From positions 36,270,001-36,334,000 of the forward strand of contig OZ024751.1 in NCBI GenBank assembly GCA_964016885.1: 64,000 bases of DNA, read 5' to 3'. Below are positions 31,202 to 43,491 of the stretch, one piece after another. This DNA is from Eledone cirrhosa. Lineage: Eukaryota. The notes under the pieces are model-generated. The model ran no database searches and was not told the DNA's origin. It worked only from the letters and a program-made list of their open reading frames with translations. The position numbers were made by a program, and so were the translations under genes. Position 1 is the first letter of the stretch, and every line of letters starts with the position of its first letter.

Positions 31202-32043
31202 GATACAGAGAGAGAAAAAGAGAGAGAGAGAGAGAGATATGAAGAACGGTGAAGAAAATATTGAAAAGAAAGAAACAAAGATAGGAAGGAAAAAGGAGTG
31301 AAAGAAATCTCTGTAGAGAGAGAAAAGTGCCAGAAAAAGAAAATGAAGGAAGGTGAGGAGGAAGAAGAGAAGAGAGAGAGAGAAATAGAAGAGGGGAAGG
31401 AAGAGGTTTAGTGATCGATAATTCCCTGTCGAGCTGTCTGATCACGTGATCCATCGTTCCGCTTTGATATCGAAGCGACATGCATGTAATGATAGCTTTG
31501 AAATGTTCGACCTATTCTGAACATCTTCTTCCGAATTTATTCTTCATGTCATCTTCACCTCTTCACCTCTCACACCCGCCTCCCAACGCCCCCACCACAC
31601 ATACATACTTCCTTCACTCTCTCTCTCTCTCTCCCTCTCTCTTTACCTCTTTCTCGCTTTCTCTCTCTCTATCTTGCTCACTTTCTCTCTTCTCTCTCTA
31701 TCTTTCTCATCTTTCTCTCTCTCTCTCTCTATCTTTCTAACTTTCTCTCTCTATCTCTCTATCTTTCTCACTTTCTCTCTCTCTCTCATAACTTCTATCT
31801 CTCTCTCTCTAACTTTCTCACTTTCTCTCTCTCTCTATCTTTCTCACTTTCTCTACTTTCTCTTCTACTCTTTCTTTTATTTATGTATCTTTCTTTTCTT
31901 TCTCTTTCTCTCTCGCTCTCTCTCGCTCTCTCGCTCTACCTCTTTCTCGCTTTCTCTCTCTATCTTTCTCACTTTCTCTCTCTCTCTATCTTTCTCGCTT
32001 TCTCTCTCCATCTTTCTCACTTTCTCTCTCTCTATCTTTCTCA

Positions 32044-32110
<67 letters not shown>

Positions 32111-32923
32111 ACTTTCTCTCTCTCTCTCTCTCTCTAACTTTCTCACTTTCTCTCTCTCTCTATCTTTCTCACTTTCTCTACTTTCTCTTCTACTCTTTCT
32201 TTTATTTATCTATCTTTCTTTTCTTTCTCTTTCTCTCTCTCGCTCTCTCTCGCTCTCTCGCTCTACCTCTCTCTCTCTCTCGCTCTCTCTCGCTCTCTCG
32301 CTCTACCTCTCTCTCTATCTTTCCCACTTTCTCTACATTCTCTACTTTCTCTTCTCTTCCTCTCTTTCATTTATATCTCTTTCTTTTCTTTCTCTTTCTC
32401 CCCCCCCCCCCCTTCTCTCACACACGCTTTCGTTTTTTCTCTTCTCTCTATCTATCTTTCTCACTTTCTCTACTTTCTCTTCTACTCTTTATTTTATTTA
32501 TATATCTTTCTTGTCTCTCTCTGTCTCTCTCACTCACTTTCGTTTTTTCTTTTCTTTTCCTATCTTTCTTTTCTTTCTCTCTCTCTCTCTCTCACTCACT
32601 CTCTCTCTCTCACTCTCTCAGTCTTTTAACTTTTCTCTCTCATTTTCTATCTCTTCACCCTTCCACTCTCTAATTCTCTCTCCTCCACTCTTTGTCTTCT
32701 TTCTCTTCTATATCATTCTCTCCCCACATCTCTCTCTATCATGTTTCCCTCATACACGCCCTCTCTATCCTATCTTATAACCCACACTCCTTCATGTTCT
32801 ATGTATCTATCAATTTCTATTATTTCTACTCTCGCAACCGTTAGATAACTTTCTGAATAACACTGTCCCTCCCCCCTCTCTCTCTCTCATTCTTGCTTTT
32901 TCTCTCGCTGTCTCTCTCCCTCT

Positions 32924-33018
<95 letters not shown>

Positions 33019-33035
33019 TATATATATATATATAC

Positions 33036-33072
<37 letters not shown>

Positions 33073-33138
33073 TATATATATACAGATATATATATACATA
33101 TATATATATATGTATATATATATATGTACATATATATA

Positions 33139-33220
<82 letters not shown>

Positions 33221-33360
33221 CATGCATACAATTGCACATGTATGCATATATATATATATTTATATATTTGTACTGTTGTATATAAATAAATACAACGACA
33301 CATATTCATTTGGACAAACACACATTCACTCATACACATGCGTGCCCTCTAAATGTCTCA

Positions 33361-33429
<69 letters not shown>

Positions 33430-33469
33430 GATATTAAATAAATGGAAACTATATTTATAAAACCATATT

Positions 33470-33535
33470 TATTTCATTATATATATTTCAGGGATATCAT
33501 ATTAAAAATATGGTATGCCTTCATCAGACAAAATA
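33470..33535 (-). ncRNA. Minimal hammerhead motif in a single-arm copy (33431-33606) of the 20.8-kb family
   Basis: Reverse complement reads TATTTTGT CTGATGA AGGCATACCA-TATTTTTAATA-TGATATCCCT GAAA TATATA TA ATGAAATA. The core is conserved while stem II differs from the 20.8-kb copy. Confidence 0.78.
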
Positions 33536-33844
33536 CAATATAAACAGTCTTATAAATAGATAGATTCGACATACCTTTCAACTTCGACTTCTATTTGAAA
33601 AGTTGATATATATATATGCTACATAAATGTTTGCATATACATACACATACATGCACAAAACTCCACAATTCAATGCAATGCCTGAACGTGTACATGTAAT
33701 ACATATATTTACACACAGTCATGACACATCCCATATATACACACACATACTAATATATTAACATACACATATGCTGAAATACACGTAGACGTGCGTGCGC
33801 ACAAACGGTACAATCATATACACACATTCGTACGGGGACACAAA

Positions 33845-35020
33845 GACTTACATAACACACACACAAACACTTACATAACACACACACAAACACTTACATA
33901 ACACACACACAAACACTTACATAATACAGACACAAACACTTACATAATACACACACAAACACTTACATAATACAGACACAAACACTTACATAATACACAC
34001 ACAAACACTTACATAATACAGACACAAACACTTACATAATACACACACAAACACTTACATAATACAGACACAAACACTTACATAATACAGACACAAACAC
34101 TTACATAATACAGACACAAACACTTACATAACACACACAAACACTTACATAATACAGACACAAACACTTACATAATACACACACAAACACTTACATAATA
34201 CACACACAAACACTTACATAATACACACACAAACATTTACATCCACTGACACAAACACATAATACAGACACAAACATTTACATACATTGACACAAACACT
34301 TACATCCACAGACACAAACACTTACATAACACACACACAAACACTTACATAATACAGACACAAACACTTACATAATACACACACAAACATTTACATAATA
34401 CACACACAAACATTTACATAATACACACACAAACATTTACATAATACACACACAAACATTTACATAATACACACACAAACATTTACATCCACTGACACAA
34501 ACACATAATACAGACACAAACATTTACATACATTGACACAAACACTTACATAACACTGACACAAACACTTACATCCACTGACACAAACACTTTCATAATA
34601 CACACACACATTTACATCCACTGACACAAACACTTACATAATACACACACACATTTACATCCACTGACACAAACACTTACATAATACACACACACATTTA
34701 CATCCACTGACACAAACATTTACATAATACAGACACAAACATTTACACACACTGACACAAACACTGACATAACACTGACACAAACACTTACATAATACAC
34801 ACACAAACACTTACATAATACAAACACAAACATTTACACACACTGACAAAAACATTTATATAACACACACACAAACATTTACACACACACTGACACAAAC
34901 ACTTACATAACAGACACACAAACATTTACACACACACTGACACAAACACTTACATAATACACACACAAACATTTACACAAACACTTACATAATACACACA
35001 GAAACATTTACACACATACA
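33845..35020. repeat. ~23-bp minisatellite, roughly 50 units
   Basis: Unit ACACAAACACTTACATAATACA(G/C), diverging toward the 3' end. Confidence 0.92.
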
Positions 35021-35336
35021 CACACAGATCCCTTCCCCCCACCCTCACTACCCACACCAACGGAGCTCAATTGGCGCATGTATTCACATAGTGAGCGTCA
35101 TTTAGCTTTCTCCGTTCACTACGGAAACATGTTCATCACATTTTCAATCTTTAGTACTCTGTATCACTGCAACTCCTGTGATGAGTGCTTCCGGTACATA
35201 TCTCTGTTTAACACGACAAAGGATGGTTTTATCTTTTGTTTTAAGAAATCTATCTTTAAAAGAAAGGACCAGAGGTTTCTCTATTCATCCTTTCATTCTT
35301 CTCTTATCTCGGCTTGTCTTCTCTACTGTTTCTGTA

Positions 35337-35752
35337 TTGTATGATATACCATGTACAGTGTACGATATACCATGTACCGTGTATGATATACCATGTACGG
35401 TGTATGATATACCATGTACGGTGTATGATATACCATGTACGGTGTATGATATACCAAGTACGGTGTACGATATACCATGTACCGTGTATGATATACCAAG
35501 TACGGTGTACGATATACCATGTACCGTGTATGATATACCATATATGGTCTATGATATACCATGTACCGTGTATGATATACCATATATGGTGTATGATATA
35601 GCATGTACCGTGTATGATATACCGTGTACCATGTATGATATAGCATGTACCGTGTATGATACACCATATATGGTGTATGATATACCATGTACCGTGTAAG
35701 ATATACCATGTACCGTGTACGATATACCATGTACTGTGTACGATGTATGATA
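35337..35752. repeat. 21-bp minisatellite, ~19 units
   Basis: Unit GTATGATATACCATGTAC(C/G)GT; explains the (VYDIPCT)n ORFs. Confidence 0.92.
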
Positions 35753-35756
35753 TGTA

Positions 35757-35808
<52 letters not shown>

Positions 35809-35916
35809 AAGCTATATATTTGTCTATGGATGAAGGTCTTTGTATGTACATATGTGTATGTACGTTTGCATGCAAGCATGTATGTATATATATATACATA
35901 TATATACATATATGTG

Positions 35917-35997
<81 letters not shown>

Positions 35998-37257
35998 ATA
36001 GGTGTGTGTGTGTGTGTGTACGTGTGCGTGTGTGTGTTTGTGTGTGTGTGTGTGTGTGCGTGTGTGTGTGTGTGTGTGTGTGCAAATTTATTGATGAATC
36101 TAATTCAGTTTCTTTGAGTTAAGGTATTTGAAAGTTAATTGATCGTTGGTCAGTCTCACGACAGTCAACGGAGATTTGATCGCTGTTTTTAGTCCCATTT
36201 CAGCTGTGATCGAGCAGATCTATAATAGAAATTGTCCTTTGTGAATTCGGAACAAGATTGTGAAATGTATGCTTCTTTTAGAAGTTAGGCTGTGAATTGA
36301 TTCAGCTTTGGTTGTTATTTCTAGGTGGTCGAATGATCATGAAAGAACTTCGGGCTTCTGTGTTGGCTCATAAAGAATAATCTGGGTCCATCGTGACTTT
36401 GAATCGATGGTCTACAAATGAACATTAAATTACTATTAATGGATTTCAAATATCGCTCTTTACTCTTCTCCTCTCCTCGCTTCTCAGCCAATTCTCAGGC
36501 CCTTATGATAGAAATCAATAACAAATTGAAGATCAATCATCTCAGACTAGTACTCCTGATTTTAAAATGTATTGAATCACCTGGCCAAGCTTTTCATCAT
36601 TCGCTATTGTTATCATTTCTGCTGGTTCGTTTGTGTGTGTCACGTCTTTTAATTTTATTACCATAATTATTCGGTTGACAGTACAAAAAGAGAATGGTGG
36701 AAATCATTTAATTTTTATATCATTAAAAAGTGAATGTCGCTTATTCTCTCGTTTTTTCCTCGGAGGACAATTATTCAAAGAAGATTTGTGACGTTAACTG
36801 GGCACTGGGAATACACAATAATTTCAACCAATCCTGGGATCTCGTCTTTGATGTTTAGAACTCATTCAGCCACCATATCAAGTCAGAGGGATTGACAACA
36901 AAGAGAAGGGGTGAAGAGGGTGATAGGGACAAGAAGAAGAAGAAGAAGAAGAAGAAGAAGAAGAAGAAGAAGAAGAAGAAGAAGAAGAAGAAGAAGAAGA
37001 AGAAGAAGAAGAAGAAGAAGAAGGGGGAGGGGGAGGAGGGGGACTGTTTGCTTTCTTTTGTATCTTTTGTGTTTCGTTATTGTAATGCTTTTGTATTCTT
37101 CATATCTCAAGAACATTAGGACAACTGCGATTAAAAAGCATTGTTAAGAGAAAAAATTCATCATATTGGTGAACTACTTTCTGTGATCCATTGATCCAAA
37201 GAAACCAATACACGTATGCAATCTTCTTGTCCTTGTTCTTCTTCTTTTTCTTCTTCA

Positions 37258-38228
37258 TCTGGGCACCAGTATCGGTGGAACATCCACCTCGGCGTTCTAT
37301 AGAGGACTAGTGGAGGGGAAGAGCGACGACGTTCTCGGAGAGATCCTGGGCGTCGAAGAAGATCAGCTGTTTGCTCTCTTCCGGAGAACTTTCAGCCCAG
37401 GGCCTATGGATAACTTCCCAAAATCCCTGGCCTGGCAGTGCTACCAGGGAACGTTGCCGGTTCGAGATAAGTTCTACAGGCACAGAAGTGCCGTCAGCCG
37501 AGCCTGTCCGAGATGCGCGCAGAGCAACGAAACCGTCGCGCACGCACTCGTTCAGTGCCCGTGCATTGCTGACTTGTGGAGCTATGTCGAACAGTTGCTG
37601 TCGCGTGTAGGACTGATCCGGCTATCGACTGAGTCCATTGTGTAGATGGTCTCGCTGTCTTCCTTCGAGAAGGAAGGGCGGGCGGTTTTCATCTGCCTGG
37701 TGGCCATGGCGAAAGAGATTGTGTGGTGGACATGGTTGAAAGGGTTAAAGACAGACACTTTCCTCTTCGGCGAATCCCTAATTAACTTTTTCAAATTTCA
37801 CTTGAAGAGGAAAATCAGGGTGGAGAGGCAAGTGCTGCCTTCTAGCAAGTTTGTTGAAAGTGGGGTGAATGTAGCGAGAATGGTCCGAGTGAACGGGTCC
37901 GCTCCGAATATACGCCAGTAGTTTGAGAAATGGAAAAATTGAGAGAGGGCGCTTGCCCTGGTGGTCAGGGTGGCCGTGGTCTTTTGTGTGGTTTTCGCCA
38001 CGAGTAACCCTCGGTGGTTTCCCCCCTATTGGGGAATTTTTCATTGTTTCAATTTTCATTTTTATTGTTTATATATATATATATATGTTTCTACGTCTTT
38101 TTTTCTTTTCTTATATAAATAATAAAAAATCTTTACACGCACAAAATCCACATCGTACCGTCCTGTACCGTCCTGTGTGGTCTGTAATGTTTTTCTTGAT
38201 GTCAGCCCTTGTGGCCAATAAAAAAAAA
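37258..38228 (+). mobile_element. 5'-truncated L1/Tx1-type LINE 3' end (zf-RVT region, 3' UTR, poly(A))
   Basis: Reads STSAFYRGL...LAWQCYQGTLPVRDK...CPRCAQSNETVAHALVQCP...LW, with an in-frame TAG at 37643-37645, continuing AKEIVWWTW. Ends in AATAAA merging into an A-run at ~38217-38228. Confidence 0.8.
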
Positions 38229-38255
38229 TCATTATTATTATTATTATTATTATTG

Positions 38256-38659
38256 TTCTTTGAGTCTCTGTCATTGATGTTAGTTAACCGGAAAGTTTGT
38301 TGAAATGAATATCAAGCCACTACCTGCAGCCTCAGATGTTCAGGACGTATCGGAGGGTTCTTGCAAGCATGCCTTTTGAAGCGTTCTAAAAAGCGTGAAG
38401 GGGCCAATTTTCTTTAACCATCCCTGGAAACTTTTTGAGATAGTCCCTAGTGCGCCTATGACAATCGGGATCACTTTGACTTCATGGCAGTTCCAAATCT
38501 TTTTTAACCTCCCACTATAAGTCCTGGTATCGGTTAATTTTCTCCCTCTCCTTCTCTTGCACTCTCGTGTCGAATGGGCAGGCCACATCCACAATCAGGC
38601 ACGATCTTTTTTCTTTGTCCAAAACCACCAGGTCGGTCTATTGTGTTCCAGTTTCTTGT
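38256..38659 (-). mobile_element. 5'-truncated second copy of the Dong-like element (RLE C-terminus plus 3' UTR), tandem with the long copy
   Basis: Near-duplicate of ~38697-39110 with a ~10-bp deletion near CLLGTA. Bounded by (TTA)n on both sides (~38231-38255 and ~38661-38697). Confidence 0.9.
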
Positions 38660-38772
38660 TTTATTATTATTATTATTATTATTATTGTTATTGTTATTCC
38701 TTGAATCTCAGTCATTGATGTTGGTTAACTGGAAAGTCCGTTGGATTGAATATCAAGCCACTACCTGCAGCC

Positions 38773-39213
38773 TCAGATATTGAGGACGTATCGGAGGGTT
38801 CTTGCTGTTCCAAGCAAGCATGCCTTTTGAAGCGTTCCAAAAAGCGTGAAGGGGCCGATTTTCTTTAACCATCCCTGGAAACCTTTGGAGATAGTCCCCA
38901 GTGCGCCTATGACAATCGGGATCACTTTGACTTCATGGCAGTTCCAAATCCTTTTCACCTCCCACTTTAGGTCCTGGTATCGGTTAATTTTCTCCCTCTC
39001 CTTCTCTTGCACTCTCGTGTCGAACGGGCAGGCCACATCCACAATCAGGCACGATCTTTTTTCTTTGTCCACAACCACCAGGTCAGGTCTATTGTGTTCC
39101 AGTTTTTTGTCCGTCTGTATCCTAAAATCCCACAGCACCTTCACCTGACTGTTCTCCATCACCGCCTCTGGCCTATGCTCATACCATTTCTCAGAATGTG
39201 GTAGATTGTTTAC
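38773..39213 (-). pseudogene. In-frame continuation after the stop: RLE endonuclease domain of the same ORF
   Basis: Reads HWHLC*VNNLPHSEKWYEHRPEAVMENSQVKVLWDFRIQTDKKLEHNRPDLVVVDK...DVACP...KINRYQDL...PIVIGALG...LQKACLLGTARTLR. The 51-nt gap between the two track ORFs keeps the frame. Confidence 0.92.
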
Positions 39214-42165
39214 TTAGCACAGGTGCCAGTGGATCACCCTGCCCATCACATCGTGTCTCCAGCCCTTATAGTGGGTCTGGGCTAGGTGTTTACACTCGGA
39301 CACAATGTGAGCCACAGTCTCCTCTCTCTCTCCACAGATCCTGCACAGTGGGCTAGCCTCCTCCTTGTAGATATGGTGCTTCAACCACTTCGTTTTGAGG
39401 GCCTGCTCCTGCGCAGCCATTAGCATTCCTTCTGTAGCCTTTTTGAGGTCTCCTCTTCTCAACCAGTTCCATGTCTGTGGATCTCTAAATTCATTTTTCT
39501 CAAAGAAGGTACTATGAAGGGATTTTCCCTTAAGGCTGCTCTTCGTCCTTGGTGTTATTTCCTCCTTGGATATCCCCTGGCCTACTGTCCCCTCCTTCAG
39601 TACAGTTCTGAGCATTGGCTCCTTACTATAGGTCACGTATTTGTATAGGTTGTTTTTCTCCATCTGAACACAGTCCTCTATGCTGATAAGACCTCTTCCA
39701 CCCTCAGATCTCCTTAGGTAGAGTCTATCGACATCACTCCTCTTGTGGAACATGTTGTAGATAGTCAATAGCTTCCTAGTCTTCCTATCCATTTCTTTTT
39801 GTTCAGCAACATTCCATCTCAGAATTCCCGCACTGTACCTAATAATAGACACAGCTCGGGAATTTACTGCGCTTATGGCATTTCTGCTGTTCAAATGTGA
39901 CTTCAATACGCTCCTTACTCTCCGAATGTATTCAGTTCTTAACAATTCCTTCATTTTTTTGTTCTTTATGCCATCAGCCTCCAGAACGCCCAAATACTTG
40001 TATCCTTCCTCAGAGTCAATTTCCTTTATCATCTCACCTGTTGGTATCTGGATCCCGTTACTTCTGCTCAACCTACCCCTCTTCATCACAATGACTCCAC
40101 ATTTACCAATACCAAACTGCATACATATATCACTGCTGAAAATACGGACAGTGTCAACAAGCACATCCAACTCCTTCTCACTTTTCCCGAAGAGCTTAAG
40201 ATCGTCCATGAAGAGGAGGTGATTGATGGTAAGCTCTCCCCTTCCCAACTTGTATCCTGCTCTCACTTTTCGCAGCATAATGGTCAAGGGCATCAGGGCA
40301 AGGACAAACAACAGAGGGGACAGGCTATCTCCCTGGAAGATACCTCTCTTGATCTTCACGCTTCCCAAGGATACTCCAGTTGATGTCAACTCTGTCTCCC
40401 AGGACCCCATACTCCTGCCCAGCAACTGTCTGATGTTATCTGCCACCCTGAAGATCTCCAGGCTTTTGGTGATCCAGGAATGAGGCACCATGTCAAATGC
40501 CTTTCTGTAGTCTATCCATCCCATGGCAAGATCAGTGTGTCTCCTCCTGCAATTCCCCATTACCATCTTATCAATAAGCAACTGGTCCTTTGTACCACGT
40601 GACTTCTTTCGGCATCCTTTCTGTTCGTCCGGTAACAAGTTGTTTGTGTGGAGGTGATGGTAGATTTCCTCAGACACAATGCTCGTCAACAGTTTCCACA
40701 TTACGGGCAGACATGTGATAGGTCTATAGTTGGTAACATCATTACCCTTGATTCGGTCTTTCATTATCAGAACTGTGGTACCTTTTGTCAACCACTCTGG
40801 CACCTCACCCGACACCAAGCAGTCATTGAACATGGCCGTCAGCTTCGGGTGGAGGGATGTTAAATGTTTAATCCAATACCCCTGCACACCATCTGGGCCT
40901 GGTGATTTCCAGTTGGTTAGTTTTTTGGCTTGCCCCTTAAGAGTTTCAACTGTGATACTCAAATCAGTCTGTTGTTGTGCCTGCTCACCGATCTCCCTCT
41001 GTACTGTCTCAATCCACCCTGCCTGGGCATTGTGTCTAACATCCTGCTCCCATATTCCTCTCCAGAATGTTTTAGCTTGTTCCGCCCCAGGGATCAAGTC
41101 GTTGCCTCTTTCTTTCCCCTCAAGCTGTCCAAACAGCATCTTCTGGTTGTTGTCGAACATGCGGTTCTGTTTATACTGACTGACTCTGTTCTCGTATCGC
41201 CTGATTTTGGCACTCTTTGCTACAATGCGTTGCTTCAATTCCTCTATGATAATATTTAGCTTTTTACTCCTAGTTTTGTATTTTATTTCCAGTCTATTTT
41301 TAGTGCCTATGTTTTTTAGTGTCCCATTCAGTAGTGACTCAAGCTTTCCTATGTCATTTCTCATTTCCCCGATTTGCCCACTCAGTCGCTTCTTCCACCA
41401 CGGCTCTGCTCTTTCTTGTCTGTTGTTTCCTCTCGCTTTTATACCAAGTAGTTTCCTCACCGTATTTGCTGTTGCTTTGAGGATATTGTTGCACTGGTGA
41501 AGACTCCTCGCCTCAAGGTATGGGATGACTTTGTTTACCTTAGCTGTTGTTTCTTTTAACTTTTTCCTGTCTACAAATCTTAGGTTCATAGGTCTCCCAC
41601 TATCATTGTTCAACTCATCTACCACTAAATTTAGGATGTCAACCGAATCTTGTCCTAGCCCGTCAGCATTCATCTCCTCAGTGGCCGTATCTCTGTTCCA
41701 GGTATTATTTATCTCAGTATTCAGATCATTGTCTGCTTCGGGTGGTTCCTCCGTTCTCAGGACCTCCTCACCTTCATTTCCCGCCGGCTCGCTTGTCTGG
41801 CATACTACACCCGCCATCTCCAAGCCATTCTCTCTGCTCAGTTCCTCCAGTTCCAGCTCGCTTATCCACCCATTAGTTCTTATTACCCGAGCCTGCCCGG
41901 CCAATTTTTGTTCATCTAATTTAAATAAACCAATCTCGTTCCAGATGTTATGCATCCGTCTCCTGTAGCCCCTCTCCTTGGGGTTACTTTTCAGGTAGCA
42001 TTGCATAACAGTTCTATTCAATTCTTTCGTCCAGTTGGTTCTGGCCCCTTTCCTTCTTCTTCTTCCTCCAACATCAGCAGTATTTGGTTGACAGTCAGGT
42101 TCCTGCTGCTGAGCCAGGGGGCACCTGTTGGGTGAGAGTCTGTCACATGACGTTCTAGTCTCCAT
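39214..42165 (-). CDS. Retrotransposon ORF (983 aa): reverse transcriptase plus CCHC zinc knuckle, ending at a premature TAA
   Basis: Motifs WKSPGPDG, NYRPITCL, EQKGC, WIDYRKAFDMVPH, RGIFQGDSLSPLLF, HLLFMDDLKLF, YKYLGV, RLYLRRSEGGRGL, CRICGEREETVAHIVSEC and RHD. Confidence 0.95.
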   Translation of the reverse strand: METRTSCDRLSPNRCPLAQQQEPDCQPNTADVGGRRRRKGARTNWTKELNRTVMQCYLKSNPKERGYRRRMHNIWNEIGLFKLDEQKLAGQARVIRTNGWISELELEELSRENGLEMAGVVCQTSEPAGNEGEEVLRTEEPPEADNDLNTEINNTWNRDTATEEMNADGLGQDSVDILNLVVDELNNDSGRPMNLRFVDRKKLKETTAKVNKVIPYLEARSLHQCNNILKATANTVRKLLGIKARGNNRQERAEPWWKKRLSGQIGEMRNDIGKLESLLNGTLKNIGTKNRLEIKYKTRSKKLNIIIEELKQRIVAKSAKIRRYENRVSQYKQNRMFDNNQKMLFGQLEGKERGNDLIPGAEQAKTFWRGIWEQDVRHNAQAGWIETVQREIGEQAQQQTDLSITVETLKGQAKKLTNWKSPGPDGVQGYWIKHLTSLHPKLTAMFNDCLVSGEVPEWLTKGTTVLIMKDRIKGNDVTNYRPITCLPVMWKLLTSIVSEEIYHHLHTNNLLPDEQKGCRKKSRGTKDQLLIDKMVMGNCRRRHTDLAMGWIDYRKAFDMVPHSWITKSLEIFRVADNIRQLLGRSMGSWETELTSTGVSLGSVKIKRGIFQGDSLSPLLFVLALMPLTIMLRKVRAGYKLGRGELTINHLLFMDDLKLFGKSEKELDVLVDTVRIFSSDICMQFGIGKCGVIVMKRGRLSRSNGIQIPTGEMIKEIDSEEGYKYLGVLEADGIKNKKMKELLRTEYIRRVRSVLKSHLNSRNAISAVNSRAVSIIRYSAGILRWNVAEQKEMDRKTRKLLTIYNMFHKRSDVDRLYLRRSEGGRGLISIEDCVQMEKNNLYKYVTYSKEPMLRTVLKEGTVGQGISKEEITPRTKSSLKGKSLHSTFFEKNEFRDPQTWNWLRRGDLKKATEGMLMAAQEQALKTKWLKHHIYKEEASPLCRICGEREETVAHIVSECKHLAQTHYKGWRHDVMGRVIHWHLC

Positions 42166-43231
42166 TTCACCGTTATTCGAACTGTTTATGTTCGATATTT
42201 AAACACTCTTATCGAGGATTGGCGAATGTATGTTTACATAGCCATCTGTGGATCCGCCATCCCACTTGGCCCTTGTGTGGCATTATCACCACGCTGTATA
42301 CGAACACACATAAACAAACAAACATACGGGCAGAAAGGGCCCCAAAAATGAATAAGCATAAGTTTCATTGTAATGTAGTATTCGAATGTCTGACTTAGTT
42401 TTTGTTTTTTAAGTTTTACTTTTTCCCCCCTCTTCTCTGTCCGTCCGCCTGCTTCTCTCTTCATTCTTATTTTCTTTACGTTTTTGGGGTTTCTTTTTTG
42501 TTTTTTGTTTTTCTCTGTTTGTTTTTCTCGTTTTTTGCTGTTGTTGCTGTGCTGCTTTGGTTTTGTTGTTTGTTTTTTTCTTTTTTCTTTTGAGTCTATC
42601 TATATATTTTGATGCCTTCCTCTTTGTTAGTAGTAGGAATTCTATAATGTGGAAGTGGCAGCCAGCAGGGAGAAGTGGGAGACTGGCGGCGTTGACGATA
42701 CTGAGACAGTGGTGGTGGTGATGTCGATACCGAGGCAGTGGTGGCGGTGATGCGACCGTATTACTGTAGTGATGGTGCTGTAGCGGTGGCAGCAGCAGTG
42801 AAGGAGTCAAGGGGTGGTGGCGGCGGTGATGGGATAGTGGTGGTAATGATGGCCGTAGTGAGCGGTGGCGGTGAAGGTGAAAATGCTGTTGTGTTTAGTG
42901 TACACAGATGATGGGGGGGGGTGGTGTATCTAGTTTCTGGTGTTGGTGAGTTTAGCTGTCCTATATAGTGTAGCCAGAGGAGAGGAGGGGGGGGGTCTTC
43001 TTCTTCCATTTATAGCCATTTTTTTTTGGATATACAGTGTACAATACAAAGTTGAATATTTGAATATTTGAGCCTTATAACAATATATTTTGGGTCCGAA
43101 TTTTTTGGGGCTCAAGCCGGGTGCTTTACGTAGCATTTGTACTAAGAGTTGTTATTTCACAAATGATTTAAATATGTTAAAAATTCAAAACTTACGGGAG
43201 CGATTTCATGACCTCCGTCACCTCGTGCGTC

Positions 43232-43267
<36 letters not shown>

Positions 43268-43268
<1 letters not shown>

Positions 43269-43490
43269 GTTGTTGTTGTTGTTGTTCCTGAGAGGGCCCT
43301 GTCACACGCACCGTCCCCAGCGGGAGACCAGACGAGCTCATGGATACTATCCAAACATCTTTCTCTGGGGTCTCTACCCCTGGGGTCTCCTTCCAGCTGA
43401 TTTTTTTTTTCCCACATAATCTGTCCATCGATTTTTTGTGAAAACATTCTAACTCCATGTCGGTAATATCATAGCTGTGGTCTCTCCCTT
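43268..43490 (-). mobile_element. Possible degenerate RTE-type LINE 3' end with a (CAA)n(TAA)n tail
   Basis: LEGDPRGRDPRERCLDSI resembles the RTE C-terminal G-x-R-x-RGRP-x-x-RW-x-D motif and is followed directly by a simple-repeat tail. Confidence 0.4.
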
Positions 43491-43491
43491 C

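Larger units (their letters stand above)
38697..42290 (-). mobile_element. Near full-length R4/Dong-clade RLE non-LTR retrotransposon (5' boundary uncertain, possibly extending to the (TTA)n at ~43234)
   Basis: One reading frame with an N-terminal Myb-like region, RT, CCHC knuckle and PD-(D/E)xK endonuclease. A ~75-nt 3' UTR is followed by a (TAA)n tract at ~38661-38697. Confidence 0.93.

Noticed and set aside
35070-35330. Possible decayed RTE-like coding remnant on the minus strand
   Set aside because: Similarity is too weak to support by eye.
35178-35730. (VYDIPCT)n repeat protein
   Set aside because: 21-bp minisatellite open in several frames, with no splice or other support.
39875-42135. 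Plus-strand ORFs overlapping the retrotransposon
   Set aside because: Antisense shadows of the RT ORF.
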